Shown here: positions 51,733 to 61,408 of the stretch, piece by piece
How the letters are laid out: the number at the start of each line of letters is the position of its first letter
Position numbering within the stretch: the first letter of the stretch is position 1
DNA from: an uncultured Planctomycetota bacterium
GTDB lineage: Bacteria > Planctomycetota > Planctomycetia > Gemmatales > Gemmataceae
Assembly (NCBI GenBank): GCA_963849325.1
Contig: CAWKHF010000006.1
Span: 192,001-256,000 of the forward strand
Length of the DNA: 64,000 bases
Direction of reading: 5' to 3'
The notes under the pieces: model-generated
Databases searched by the model: none
What the model was told of the DNA's origin: nothing
What the model saw: only the letters and a program-made list of their open reading frames with translations
Position numbers and translations under genes: made by a program

Positions 51733-53016
51733 GTGAAGCAAGCTACCCTTCTCCTCTTGCTGTTGACGCTGGCGGCGCCGGCTGGTGCCATGGACCTGGA
51801 GCGCGAGCCGATCAACTACACCAGCGCCGACCCTCACAACGCGGTCGAACGACTGCAAGAGCGCCTGGACGATGGCCGGGTGAAACTGGTTTACGAGGAG
51901 GGACTGGGCTACCTGCGCTCGCTGCTGCGCGAGCTGAACGTGCCGACGTCATCGCAGATGCTGGTCTTCTCCAAGACGAGCTTGCAGCGGCAGCGCATCA
52001 ATCCGCGGACGCCGCGGGCCATCTACTTCAGCGACGACGTTTACGTCGGTTATTGCCAGAAGGGCGACCTGGTGGAAGTGACGGCCAGCGATCCGCAGCT
52101 CGGCTCCGTTTATTACTCGCTCCAACAGAAGAAGACCGAGCGGCCGCGCTTGCAGCGGCAGACGGACAACTGCCTGATCTGTCACGCTTCCTCGTTCAAC
52201 CAGGGCATGCCGGGACACCTGATCCGCTCGGTGTTCGCCGACGGACTCGGTCTGCCGGTGCTGACTTCGGGCGGCTATCGCACCGACCACAGCAGTCCAC
52301 TCAAGCAGCGCTGGGGCGGCTGGTACGTCACGGGCACCAGCGGCAAGCAGACACACATGGGCAACATGATCGTGCGCGGCAACCCTCGGCCGGACGACAT
52401 CGACAACTCCGCCAATATCAATGTGACCAGCCTGGAGCGCTACGTCAAAACGTCGCCGTACTTGACGCCGCACAGCGACATCGTGGCCCTGATGGTGCTG
52501 GAACATCAGGCGGAGATGCACAATCGTCTGACGAGGGCCAATTTCCTGACGCGCCTCGCCCTGCGCGACGAGGCGGAGTTCAACAAGGCGCTGGGCCGGC
52601 CGGCGAACTATCGTTCGGAGAGCACACTCAGCCGCATCAAGAACGCCGGCGAGCCGGTCGTCAAATACCTGCTGATGTGTGACGAGGCGCAACTGACCGA
52701 TCCGGTGAAAGGCACGTCGGGGTTTGCCGAGGAGTTTGTCCAGCGCGGGCCGCGCGATCGTCACGGCCGTTCGCTGCGCGACCTCGATCTGAAGCGTCGG
52801 TTGTTCGTCTATCCGTGCAGTTACCTCATCTATTCCGAGGCGTTTGACGCGCTGCCGCCGCCGGTCAAGGACTATGTGCTGCGGCGACTGTGGGATGTGC
52901 TCAACGGCCAGGACACGAGCAAGGAGTTCGCTCATCTGTCCACGGAGGACCGGCAGGCCATCCGCGACATCCTGTGCGCGACGAAGACGAACTTGCCGGA
53001 TTACTGGAAGCGCTAG
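51733..53016 (+). CDS. Secreted hypothetical protein with one CxxCH heme-binding motif
   Basis: Signal peptide; SQMLVFSKTSLQ, CLICH, RWGGWYVTG, SLRDLDL..RLF.YPCSYLIYS. Confidence 0.8.
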   Translation: MKQATLLLLLLTLAAPAGAMDLEREPINYTSADPHNAVERLQERLDDGRVKLVYEEGLGYLRSLLRELNVPTSSQMLVFSKTSLQRQRINPRTPRAIYFSDDVYVGYCQKGDLVEVTASDPQLGSVYYSLQQKKTERPRLQRQTDNCLICHASSFNQGMPGHLIRSVFADGLGLPVLTSGGYRTDHSSPLKQRWGGWYVTGTSGKQTHMGNMIVRGNPRPDDIDNSANINVTSLERYVKTSPYLTPHSDIVALMVLEHQAEMHNRLTRANFLTRLALRDEAEFNKALGRPANYRSESTLSRIKNAGEPVVKYLLMCDEAQLTDPVKGTSGFAEEFVQRGPRDRHGRSLRDLDLKRRLFVYPCSYLIYSEAFDALPPPVKDYVLRRLWDVLNGQDTSKEFAHLSTEDRQAIRDILCATKTNLPDYWKR

Positions 53017-53020
53017 TCGG

Positions 53021-53662
53021 TTAGAGCTTGTGCAAGTCCTGCGTGCGCGGCAGATCGTCGAGACTGCGCATCTGGAAGAGCGACAGGAAGCGCGGCGTGG
53101 TGCTGTAAGCCACCTCGCGCTGATCGGCCTCGCCGCGGCGCACGGCGATCAGTCCGAGGCGCACCAGCTGGCGCAGAGGACCGCTCGACTCGGCGCCGCG
53201 CAGACCCTCGACTTCCTGACGAGTGATGGGTTGGCGATAGGCGACCAGGGCCAGCACGTCGAGGGCGGCCGGCGACAGGCGGGCCTGGCGCGTCGAGCCG
53301 TACAGGCGATCGAGTACGCCGCGAAAGCGCGGCTGCAAGACCAGCTCGCCGCCATGCTCGCCCATCTGAATGCGGTAAGGCCGGCCCTGCTGACGGTAAT
53401 CGCGATTGAGTCCGTCGAGGATGTCGCGGAACTGCTCGGCGGTCAGGCCGCGCACCGCCTCGGCGGCGCGGGCGGCTGTCAGCGGCGCGCCGCCGACGAA
53501 CAGCATCGCCTCGACAATCCGCCGCAGCGGAAGTGCCGACGACTCTTCGGCCGGCGCTTCGGTTCGCTCCGGCGTCCTCTCGGCCCCCACAGCGGACACC
53601 TCTCCCTCGTGTGGATCGAGGAGCCGTTCGTAACTCCGAGCCAGGTCGCGGGCATCCGTCAT
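53021..53662 (-). CDS. scpB: SMC-Scp complex subunit ScpB
   Basis: IVEAMLFVGG.PL, LSPAALDVLALVAYRQPITRQEVE.LRG, YSTT.RFL.LF...SLDDLP. Confidence 0.9.
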   Translation of the reverse strand: MTDARDLARSYERLLDPHEGEVSAVGAERTPERTEAPAEESSALPLRRIVEAMLFVGGAPLTAARAAEAVRGLTAEQFRDILDGLNRDYRQQGRPYRIQMGEHGGELVLQPRFRGVLDRLYGSTRQARLSPAALDVLALVAYRQPITRQEVEGLRGAESSGPLRQLVRLGLIAVRRGEADQREVAYSTTPRFLSLFQMRSLDDLPRTQDLHKL

Positions 53663-53688
53663 CGCGGCTCGTCTCCGTCCCCCTCCGA

Positions 53689-54099
53689 CTACAAGAAGAA
53701 AATCCCCGTGATGAACGTCCCCGTCCACAACACGGCGAAGCACACGCCCAGCGACAGGTGGGCGCGGACGTGGCCCTTCAGTCCCGTGTACAACATCGCC
53801 GGCAGGACGAACGTGGACGGCACGGAGAACCACAGGTGTCGGTTGAGCGCCTGCCGCAGCGCACTGTCGCGGTTGAAGTACACGAACACGTCCGGCGCGA
53901 TCACGCGGACCACCAACTCCAGGCCGAGCACCGCCATCAGCGTCAGCGTGAAGAAGATCAAGTTAAGTCGGCCATGCAGCCGGTAGTTGCCGCGCAGCAC
54001 GGCGATCAGCGCGGCAATGAACAAGACGGTGACGGCGGCGACGGCGATTTTCAGAGCCAGAATGACGTTCGGCCCGGTCAACACGGATAGTCCTTTCAC
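53689..54099 (-). CDS. DUF420-like membrane protein
   Basis: Four hydrophobic segments with His in RGNYRLH, HLWFS and VRAH. Confidence 0.7.
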   Translation of the reverse strand: MKGLSVLTGPNVILALKIAVAAVTVLFIAALIAVLRGNYRLHGRLNLIFFTLTLMAVLGLELVVRVIAPDVFVYFNRDSALRQALNRHLWFSVPSTFVLPAMLYTGLKGHVRAHLSLGVCFAVLWTGTFITGIFFL

Positions 54100-55037
54100 G
54101 CCGCCTGTTTGTTTTTCGCCTTGCTCTTGGGTTGATGTTTCCAGCGGCGGTGCAGCCAGAAATACTGCTCGGGATGGCGAGCGATCATGCGTTCCAGGGC
54201 CGACGTGAAGCGCTGCGTGATGGCGCGCACGGCGTCGGGTTGGCCCTGGTAGTCCGCCGGGTCAATCACGTCGCCGCTCCAGATGTCGTGTCCCCAGGCG
54301 GCGCCGGCGGAGGCGGGGCGGCGCGTGCAGGTCATCACCAACATGGGCACATTGTATTCCAGGGCCAAGAGAGCGATGGCCTTGTGCGTCGAGGCCGGCC
54401 GGTTGAAGAAGTCCACGAACAGGCCGCGCTGCCCGGCGTCCTGGTCGCCCAGCGTCAGCATGATGCCCTTGGCGGCCAGCACCTTCTGCATCTGATCGAA
54501 GTCGCCGTGCTTGGCGAGCAGCTTCTGTCCGGTGTTCTCGCGGAAGCGGCGAAAATACGCATCGACGTAGGGATTGTCCAGCGGCCGAGCGATGGCGTGC
54601 GTGCGAAAACCGAACAGGGCCAGGGCGTAGCCGCCCAGCTCCCAGTTGCCGAAGTGGCCGCTGACGATCAGCACCGGACGGTCCCCCAGCAGCATCCCGA
54701 CCAGCGGCCGGCAACCCGGCAGTCCGAAGTGTTGCTTCCAGTTCTGCGGATGCAGCATGCGCGGCACGTGGATGATCTCCATGAGCATCGTGCAGAAATG
54801 TCGATAAACGGCGCGCACCAGCCGATCGCGCTCCGCTTCGTCGCCCTGCCCGAAGGCGTGCCGCAGGTTGTCCAGCGCCACCAGACGATGACGGCGATCG
54901 ATCTTGTAAATCAGCCATGCCAGGACGTTCGCCGCCTTGCAAGCGGCGCGGAACGATAGCGCCTGCAAGATGCACACGACCACGCGAACCGCGATGTACA
55001 CGGCGAAATCCGCTGCCTGGGATCGGGTTTTGGACAT
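54096..55037 (-). CDS. Lipid A late acyltransferase family (LpxL/HtrB-like)
   Basis: ALDNL..AF, SGHFGNWE, RPLDNP, DQDAG..G.FVDFF, HPEQYFWLHRRWK. Confidence 0.9.
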   Translation of the reverse strand: MSKTRSQAADFAVYIAVRVVVCILQALSFRAACKAANVLAWLIYKIDRRHRLVALDNLRHAFGQGDEAERDRLVRAVYRHFCTMLMEIIHVPRMLHPQNWKQHFGLPGCRPLVGMLLGDRPVLIVSGHFGNWELGGYALALFGFRTHAIARPLDNPYVDAYFRRFRENTGQKLLAKHGDFDQMQKVLAAKGIMLTLGDQDAGQRGLFVDFFNRPASTHKAIALLALEYNVPMLVMTCTRRPASAGAAWGHDIWSGDVIDPADYQGQPDAVRAITQRFTSALERMIARHPEQYFWLHRRWKHQPKSKAKNKQAA

Positions 55038-55098
55038 GGGCCACTCCTTTGGCAATTCGTCCGTAGCCGCTTGCGGCATAGCGCTAAGCCGCAAGCGG

Positions 55099-56172
55099 CT
55101 ACGGATTCTTATCGAGGGCGACGGTCTTTCCCGCCGCCGCGGACTGATAAATCGCCTCGATCACCGCGACGGCCTTGCGTCCTTCGCATCCATCGACCAG
55201 CGGCGCGGACCCTGTGCGGATGGCCCGCACGAAGTCGGCCAGCTGGCGGGCGTGGCCGACGTGCGAGATGGCCGCCGGGTTGCTCGATCCGCCGGAGGCG
55301 CCGGTCTTCTGAGCGAAACGCTCCTTGACGGCCTTATCTTCGGGCGTTTCGGGCGTCAGCTCCCAGCGCAGCACGTCGTCCTGCTCGATGATGACGGTGC
55401 CGCGATCGCCATGCACGGCGATGGTTTTCGGCAGTCCCGGATGCACGCTGGTCGTGGCCTGGATGACGCCGAGCGCGCCGTTGGCGAAGCGCAGGCAAGC
55501 CACGGCGGTGTCCTCGACCTCGATGCGCTCATGGGCCAGCGTGGCCGTGAAACCGTTGATGTGCGTCACCGGCCCCATCATCCACAATAAAAGATCGACA
55601 TTGTGGATGGCCTGGTTCATCAGCGCTCCGCCGCCGTCGAGCGACTGGGTGCCCTTCCAGCCGCCTTCGTCGTAATAGGACTGCGGCCGCCACCACTTGC
55701 ACGTCGTCTCGCCCAGCGTCAGCCGGCCAAAGCGGCCGGACTCGACGGCGTCCTTCAGCGCTCGGTTGGCGTCGCCGAAGCGCGACGGGAAGATGGTACA
55801 CAGCTGAACGCCGTGGCGGTGGCAGGCGCGGATGATCTCGTCGCAGCGCTGGGTGGTGATTTCCAGCGGCTTCTCGACGACGACGTGTTTGCCGGCCGAC
55901 GCGGCGGCGACGGCCGGCTCCCGATGCGCTCCGCTCGGCGTCGTGATGATGACCGCCTGCACGTCCGGCCGGGCCAGCACGGCGCCGAGGTCGGTCGAGA
56001 CGACGCAGTCGAGTCCAAGCTGTTCGGCCATGGCGCGAGCGTTGGCCTCGCGGCGGCTGACCAGCGCCACCAGTCGCGCGTCCGGCACCTCGGCCAGGGC
56101 GCGAGCGTGAAAGCGCGCGATCATGCCGCAGCCAATCAGGGCAAAGCCGATCTGCTGGGGGGCGGGAGACAT
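55099..56172 (-). CDS. Gfo/Idh/MocA-family oxidoreductase
   Basis: IGCGMIA, TPSGAH, GKHVVVEKP, DGGGALMNQAIH. Confidence 0.93.
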   Translation of the reverse strand: MSPAPQQIGFALIGCGMIARFHARALAEVPDARLVALVSRREANARAMAEQLGLDCVVSTDLGAVLARPDVQAVIITTPSGAHREPAVAAASAGKHVVVEKPLEITTQRCDEIIRACHRHGVQLCTIFPSRFGDANRALKDAVESGRFGRLTLGETTCKWWRPQSYYDEGGWKGTQSLDGGGALMNQAIHNVDLLLWMMGPVTHINGFTATLAHERIEVEDTAVACLRFANGALGVIQATTSVHPGLPKTIAVHGDRGTVIIEQDDVLRWELTPETPEDKAVKERFAQKTGASGGSSNPAAISHVGHARQLADFVRAIRTGSAPLVDGCEGRKAVAVIEAIYQSAAAGKTVALDKNP

Positions 56173-56182
56173 CTCGGATCTC

Positions 56183-56245
56183 CGGCGAGCGGGGGGCGTC
56201 AGCCCCCTGTTGGAGCCAACAGGGGGCTGACGCCCCCCGCTCGCC
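56183..56245. repeat. REP-like palindrome, family D
   Basis: GGCGAGCGGGGGGCGTCAGCCCCCTGTTGG..CCAACAGGGGGCTGACGCCCCCCGCTCGCC; copy at 62611-62670. Confidence 0.9.
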
Positions 56246-56836
56246 CTACGCATTGAGAAGCATGACGGCTTTCCATACGTACTGCAAGCCGCTCAGCAAG
56301 GTCACGATCACCATTGTCCACACGAGGACGTTGCGCACCCCATCGAAAAACAGGTTCCACGAGCCGGAGCCTTCGGGCACCATCAGCGCCACGAACACGG
56401 CGATGACGGCGGCGCACTGCAAGCCCATCTTGAACTTGCCCAGCCAATCGGCGCCGAAGCGTGCCCCATGCGACTCCATCCAACTGCGCAGTCCGGTGAT
56501 GACCAGCTCCCGCGCCACCACGACCGTCACCATCCACGGCCACAACCAGCCTTGCCGGGCGCCCAGCGGCAATAAACTGACATAAACACCGCACAAAAGC
56601 ACTTTATCGACCAACGGATCGAGGAGGCGTCCCAGGGTGCTCGTCAGGTTCTGCTTGCGGGCCAGGTAGCCGTCGAGCCAGTCGGTGAAGGCGGCGACGA
56701 TGAAGACAATCAGGCACCCCAGCCATTGTTCGTAGGCGATCAGTGCGAACAGCGCCAGGGCCAGGACGAAGCGCGAGGCGGTCAGCTGATTGGGCAGGTT
56801 CCAGACCCGCGGCCGGGTCGGAGTGGTCGTGGCCAT
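56246..56836 (-). CDS. pgsA: CDP-diacylglycerol--glycerol-3-phosphate 3-phosphatidyltransferase
   Basis: NLPNQLT.SR, TDWLDGYLARK...TS.LG..LDPLVDK, RELVITGLR, GKFK. Confidence 0.93.
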   Translation of the reverse strand: MATTTPTRPRVWNLPNQLTASRFVLALALFALIAYEQWLGCLIVFIVAAFTDWLDGYLARKQNLTSTLGRLLDPLVDKVLLCGVYVSLLPLGARQGWLWPWMVTVVVARELVITGLRSWMESHGARFGADWLGKFKMGLQCAAVIAVFVALMVPEGSGSWNLFFDGVRNVLVWTMVIVTLLSGLQYVWKAVMLLNA

Positions 56837-56855
56837 CGCTGTCGCCTCCCGTGCC

Positions 56856-58208
56856 TCAGCGGACCCGTAGGGCGCGGGCGGCCAGGTCGTAGCCATCAGC
56901 GCCGGTGACGCGGGCGCGGACCAGGTCGCCGGCGTGCAGCCCCTTGCCCTTCAGACGCACGACGCCGTCGATGTCCGGGGCGTCCGCCTGACTGCGGGCC
57001 AGCACGTGGCCGGGCACCTCGGGGTCCGGCCCATCGACGATCACCTCCAGCTCCTCGCCGATACGCTGGCGCGTCCAGGCGAAGGCCAGCTCCTGCTGGA
57101 TCTCCATGAGCCGATCGCGCCGCTGCTGCTTGACCTCCTCGGGAACGTGGTCCGGCAGACGAGCGGCCGGCGTGCCCGGCTCCAACGAGTACGGAAAGAC
57201 GCCGACGCGCTCGAAGCGCAACGTCCGCACGAATTCGCATAACTCCTCGAATTCGGCCTCGGTCTCGCCGGGGAAGCCGGTGATGAAGGTCGTGCGCAGT
57301 GCCAGGCCGGGGACCGCCGCCCGTAGCCGGGCCAGCAGATCCTCGGTCTCGGCCCGGTTGACGCGCCGCTGCATGCGCCGCAGTACACGGTCGTTGATGT
57401 GCTGCAAGGGCATGTCCAGGTACGGCAGCACCTTCGGCGTCTCGGCCAGCGTCTCGATCAGCTCGTCGGTGAAGTGGATGGGATAGGCATACAGGATGCG
57501 AATCCACTCCAGCCCCTCGACCGCGTTCAGCTGGCGCAGCAGCTCGGCGAGGCGGACGCGGCCATACAGGTCGAGACCATAATAAGTCGTGTCCTGGGCG
57601 ACGACGATCAACTCGCGCACACCGTCGGCGGCCAGCTCGCGGGCCTCGGCCAGCACCTGCTCCATCGGCTTGGTCACGTGTTTGCCGCGCATGCCGGGGA
57701 TGGCGCAGAAGGTACACAGACGATCGCAGCCTTCGGAGATTTTCAGGTAGGCGTAATGTCGCGGCGTGATGCGCAGGCGAGCCGTGTCTTCCAGGGCGCG
57801 CACGGGGGCAGGCCGAAATAGGCTGCGCTGTTCGTCCCGGCGCTGCTGGTACAGGGTGCGGTCGAGGACTTGCGCGATCTCCTCGCGGCCGAAGACGCCG
57901 ACGATGTGATCGACGCCGGGCACTTCGTTCAGCAGGTCGTCTTTCTTGCGCTCGGCCAGGCAGCCGGCGACGACCACGGCGCCGACGCGGCCCTGCTCCT
58001 TGAGGGTCAGCATCTCGCGGATGACGCCGAGCGATTCCTGGCGGGCCGGCTCGATGAAGCCACAAGTGTTGATGACCACGACGTCGGCGCCGTCGGCGTC
58101 GGGCGTCAGAGTGTAGCCGTCCTGGGCCAGCTTGCCGAGCATGCGCTCGGAATCGACGAGGTTCTTTGGGCAGCCGAGGCTGACAAACGCGAAGGTCTTC
58201 GACGCCAT
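56856..58208 (-). CDS. rimO: Ribosomal protein S12 methylthiotransferase
   Basis: SLGCPKNLVDSE, NTCGFI, YLKISEGCDRLCTFCAIP, DAPDIDG, TRAM domain. Confidence 0.96.
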   Translation of the reverse strand: MASKTFAFVSLGCPKNLVDSERMLGKLAQDGYTLTPDADGADVVVINTCGFIEPARQESLGVIREMLTLKEQGRVGAVVVAGCLAERKKDDLLNEVPGVDHIVGVFGREEIAQVLDRTLYQQRRDEQRSLFRPAPVRALEDTARLRITPRHYAYLKISEGCDRLCTFCAIPGMRGKHVTKPMEQVLAEARELAADGVRELIVVAQDTTYYGLDLYGRVRLAELLRQLNAVEGLEWIRILYAYPIHFTDELIETLAETPKVLPYLDMPLQHINDRVLRRMQRRVNRAETEDLLARLRAAVPGLALRTTFITGFPGETEAEFEELCEFVRTLRFERVGVFPYSLEPGTPAARLPDHVPEEVKQQRRDRLMEIQQELAFAWTRQRIGEELEVIVDGPDPEVPGHVLARSQADAPDIDGVVRLKGKGLHAGDLVRARVTGADGYDLAARALRVR

Positions 58209-58692
58209 GAATGATTCGATCCTTGTTGTCCTGGATGCGGCTGCGCGACCTCCGCTCCCTCGCCTGCACGGTAATTCGTTCAGTGTAGCGAGGCCGGCGA
58301 TTGAAGGGAAGGCGAGCGGCGCGGCAAAAAAACCAGGCCGGCCCAACCTCGAGGACGCTGCCAACCTCGCGGTTAGAACCGGCCCGGTCAACACCATGAC
58401 GTGCCAGGCGCACGTCCACGCCGTTTCCGGCGCTGGTCCCTCGGGAACCATCGAGAGACCGTAGTCCCTCTTTACCCCCCACGGTAGGCTCCGCGAACGA
58501 GGACCACCAGGAGCGCTCGCCTCGCACACACAGAGACGATGCGCGAGTGGCGGGAAAAATTGTGAAAAATTCTCATCAATGAAGAAAAGTGCTGGAAGCG
58601 ACGCCCGATCCGGGACAGGATGGAGAACGGGATTAAATCGCCTGGCATCCGTTCCATCGACGCGCCGCTCAGGGGAAGGAGGGGTACGAAGC

Positions 58693-59193
58693 ATGTTTCT
58701 CCGTAAATGGAAGCTCGCCGTCATCGCCCTGCTGCTTCTTGGTCTTGTCGATTCCGGGTCCGGGTTCGTCGCCCGTCGCACCGGCGCGGAGCCGCCGGCA
58801 CCCAAACCGAAAGCGGACAAGCCGGCGAAAACGCCAGAGGAGATGACAGCCCTTCTCCAAGCTCGTGCCGCGGTGGCGGAGAAGGTCTATCGGGCAGCTT
58901 TTGAGGGGCTTACCCACACGCGCAGGATTCAAAATGTCCTCGTGCAGGTCACTCAGAACTCGGAGGATGTCTACATCTGGTCGGTTCGCTGGCTCCAGGC
59001 CCAACGCGATCGGAGTCCGAAGCACGAAGACCAGGTCGCCGCCCTGGAAGCCCACCTCCAGCGCATGACGGAAATGAAAAAGGTTATCAAAGAACTCTCC
59101 CGAGACCTTATGCCGCTCATCAAAGTAGACGAGGCCGAGTGGTATCGGCTGGAGGCCGAGTTGTGGCTGGTGCGGGCGAAAGCCGCGAAATGA
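58693..59193 (+). CDS. Secreted or membrane-anchored helical protein resembling the C-terminal extension of planctomycete ECF sigma factors
   Basis: MFLRKWKLAVIALLLLGLVDSGSGFVA parallels MFLNKVKFVVIVLLALGLVGSGAGFVA in the adjacent ECF; WSVRWLQAQ, ALEAHL.RM, EAELWL. Confidence 0.75.
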   Translation: MFLRKWKLAVIALLLLGLVDSGSGFVARRTGAEPPAPKPKADKPAKTPEEMTALLQARAAVAEKVYRAAFEGLTHTRRIQNVLVQVTQNSEDVYIWSVRWLQAQRDRSPKHEDQVAALEAHLQRMTEMKKVIKELSRDLMPLIKVDEAEWYRLEAELWLVRAKAAK

Positions 59194-59605
59194 AGCGCGT
59201 TTGATGCGACCAGCCCGGAGGGGTGCGTGTGTCGATTCGGGGCGTGTGGGTTTTGTTTCGTTAGCCCAGCCCTTCAGGGCTGGGAAGAGGGGCGGGACGA
59301 AACGGCTTCGGGGCTTTAGCCCCTCCGGCTTGTTGGGCAGACGCAACGGAGGGCCTAAAGGCCCAATCTTCCCGCGCTCGTCGCTCTCCCCAGCCCTGAA
59401 GGGCTGGGCTAACGAAAAATACCATCCCCGAATCCATGCACGCACTCACCCAGAGCATCCGCGACGGATTCGTCCTGGCGCGGACGCTCCGGGCTGGTCC
59501 ATTTCTGGTGAAATATCCCCGGAATCGAGAAAAAAGGTGGAAGCGACGGCCCGATCCGGGGCAGTATGGAGAGTGGGATTGAACCTGTCGGCGAGGGTCC
59601 GAGAC

Positions 59606-61297
59606 GTGGCGACCCCTTCGTTGCATCCGCTGCTGCACTACCTTCGCCGTCTCGGCCAACCCCCCGGCGGCGACCGGGACGACGCGCAATTGCTGCGTCG
59701 CTTCCTGGCCGACCGCGACGAATCGGCCTTCACGATGATCGTGCAGCGTTATGGAGCGATGGTCTGGGGTCTGTGCGTGCGCCGCCTGGGCGAGACGCCG
59801 GAAGCCGAAGACGCCTTTCAGGCGACCTTCCTCGTCCTGGTCCGCAAGGCGTCCTCGCTGCGCGGTCCCGAATTGCTTGGACCCTGGCTCTACGGCGTCG
59901 CCTACCGCACCGCCCTCAAAGTCCGTGGGCAACGAGCGCGGCGGGCGGCGCGCGAAACGCCTTTACCGGAGCAGCTCGCTGAGAAGCCGTCGGAGCACCT
60001 TTGGCGCGACCTGCGGCCGGTGATTGATGAGGAAGTGAATCGGCTGCCGGAGAAATATCGTCAGCCGGTGTTGCTGTGTTACCTGCAAGGGCTGAGCAGC
60101 GAGGAAGCGGCGCGTCGGCTGGGTTGTGCCAAGGGCACTATCTTCTCGCGGCTATCGCGGGCGCGCGATCTGCTGCGCCGGCGCCTGGCCCGGCGTGGAG
60201 TGAGCGTGTCGGCCGGAGCGCTGGCGGCGGTGCTGACCGAGAAGGCCGTCGTTCGAGCGGCGCCTGTGGCGTTGTGTGAAACCACCATCCGTATGAGTCT
60301 GGCGCTGGTGACGGGGCAAACTCTGTCCGTCCCGCTTGCCGCGCTGGTTGAAGGAGTGTTGCGAAGCATGTTCCTCAACAAAGTGAAGTTCGTTGTTATC
60401 GTCCTGCTGGCTCTCGGCCTCGTCGGTTCGGGGGCGGGGTTCGTGGCGCATCAAACGGCCGCGGGTCCACCGACGCCCAAACGTGCCGCCACGCCGAATT
60501 TACGGGCTGGCGTGGCGGACCAGCCGAAAGAGAAGACTTCTCCGTCCAAACGGAAAGCCGATCGGCCCAAAATCGAGGCGGCGAATGACCCCTCCGCGCT
60601 CGTCGCCCCATCGCTGGCCCCCATCCGTCTGAAAGAGTGGCGGGACAAACTGATCCAGCCCTTTCACTTCGATCCGAACGTGGATCCCGATTTGACGTTG
60701 GAAGAATTCCTCGACAGACTCTCCAAGCGTCTCGGTATAAACTTTGAATTCAATTGGAGGGCATTTCAGGAGGAGGAAGCCGATGTGAAGCTGGATACAC
60801 CTGTTAGAATCAAGGCGATCCTGGCGATGAAAAACGACACCAGCTTGGCCACGGTGTTGCGGATCGTCTTGGCGGGCCTGCCCTGTGAGTCCGGCGCGGT
60901 ATACGTCTTGCGGACGGACAGCGTGGAAATCACCACGCGGGAGGCCCTGCGCACCGAACTACGGATTCCGGAAACCCGTCCGCTGCTGCCGCTGGTGTGG
61001 GACGTGTTGGAGGACACGCCCATTAGCAAGGCCCTGGCAAAAGTGACGGAGACGACGAGCTTCAACGTGATTGTGGATCCGCACGTCAAGGATCATGTGC
61101 AGGACCAAGTGAGCGTGCAATTCAACAACGTGCCGGTCGATACCGCCGTGCGGCTCTTGGCGAACATGGCCGGTCTGAGCGTGGTCTGGCTGGATAATGT
61201 GTTTTTCGTGACTTCGGCGGATAACGCCAAACGTCTGCGCGAGGAACAGGCGCGGGCCAACATGGATGTGCCGTCCGGCACGAAACTCGCGAAATGA
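59606..61297 (+). CDS. ECF sigma factor with transmembrane helix and periplasmic C-terminal extension
   Basis: DAQLLRRF..RDESAF..IVQRYG.MV, AEDAFQATFLVL, WLYGVA, LPEKYR.PVLLCYL.G, GT..SRLSRAR; TM helix; secretin-N/STN-like repeats. Confidence 0.92.
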   Translation: MATPSLHPLLHYLRRLGQPPGGDRDDAQLLRRFLADRDESAFTMIVQRYGAMVWGLCVRRLGETPEAEDAFQATFLVLVRKASSLRGPELLGPWLYGVAYRTALKVRGQRARRAARETPLPEQLAEKPSEHLWRDLRPVIDEEVNRLPEKYRQPVLLCYLQGLSSEEAARRLGCAKGTIFSRLSRARDLLRRRLARRGVSVSAGALAAVLTEKAVVRAAPVALCETTIRMSLALVTGQTLSVPLAALVEGVLRSMFLNKVKFVVIVLLALGLVGSGAGFVAHQTAAGPPTPKRAATPNLRAGVADQPKEKTSPSKRKADRPKIEAANDPSALVAPSLAPIRLKEWRDKLIQPFHFDPNVDPDLTLEEFLDRLSKRLGINFEFNWRAFQEEEADVKLDTPVRIKAILAMKNDTSLATVLRIVLAGLPCESGAVYVLRTDSVEITTREALRTELRIPETRPLLPLVWDVLEDTPISKALAKVTETTSFNVIVDPHVKDHVQDQVSVQFNNVPVDTAVRLLANMAGLSVVWLDNVFFVTSADNAKRLREEQARANMDVPSGTKLAK

Positions 61298-61317
61298 CGT
61301 GCGGAGGAGTCAACACA

Positions 61318-61368
61318 AGCCCGGAGCGTCCGCGACGGATTCGCCCTGTCGTGGACGCTCCGGGCTGG
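61318..61368. repeat. REP-like palindrome
   Basis: AGCCCGGAGCGTCCGCGACGG..CTGTCGTGGACGCTCCGGGCT; similar copy at 59449-59498. Confidence 0.8.
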
Positions 61369-61408
61369 TCGATTGATGGGGAAATATCCCCCTGCGACGA
61401 AAGGCTAC

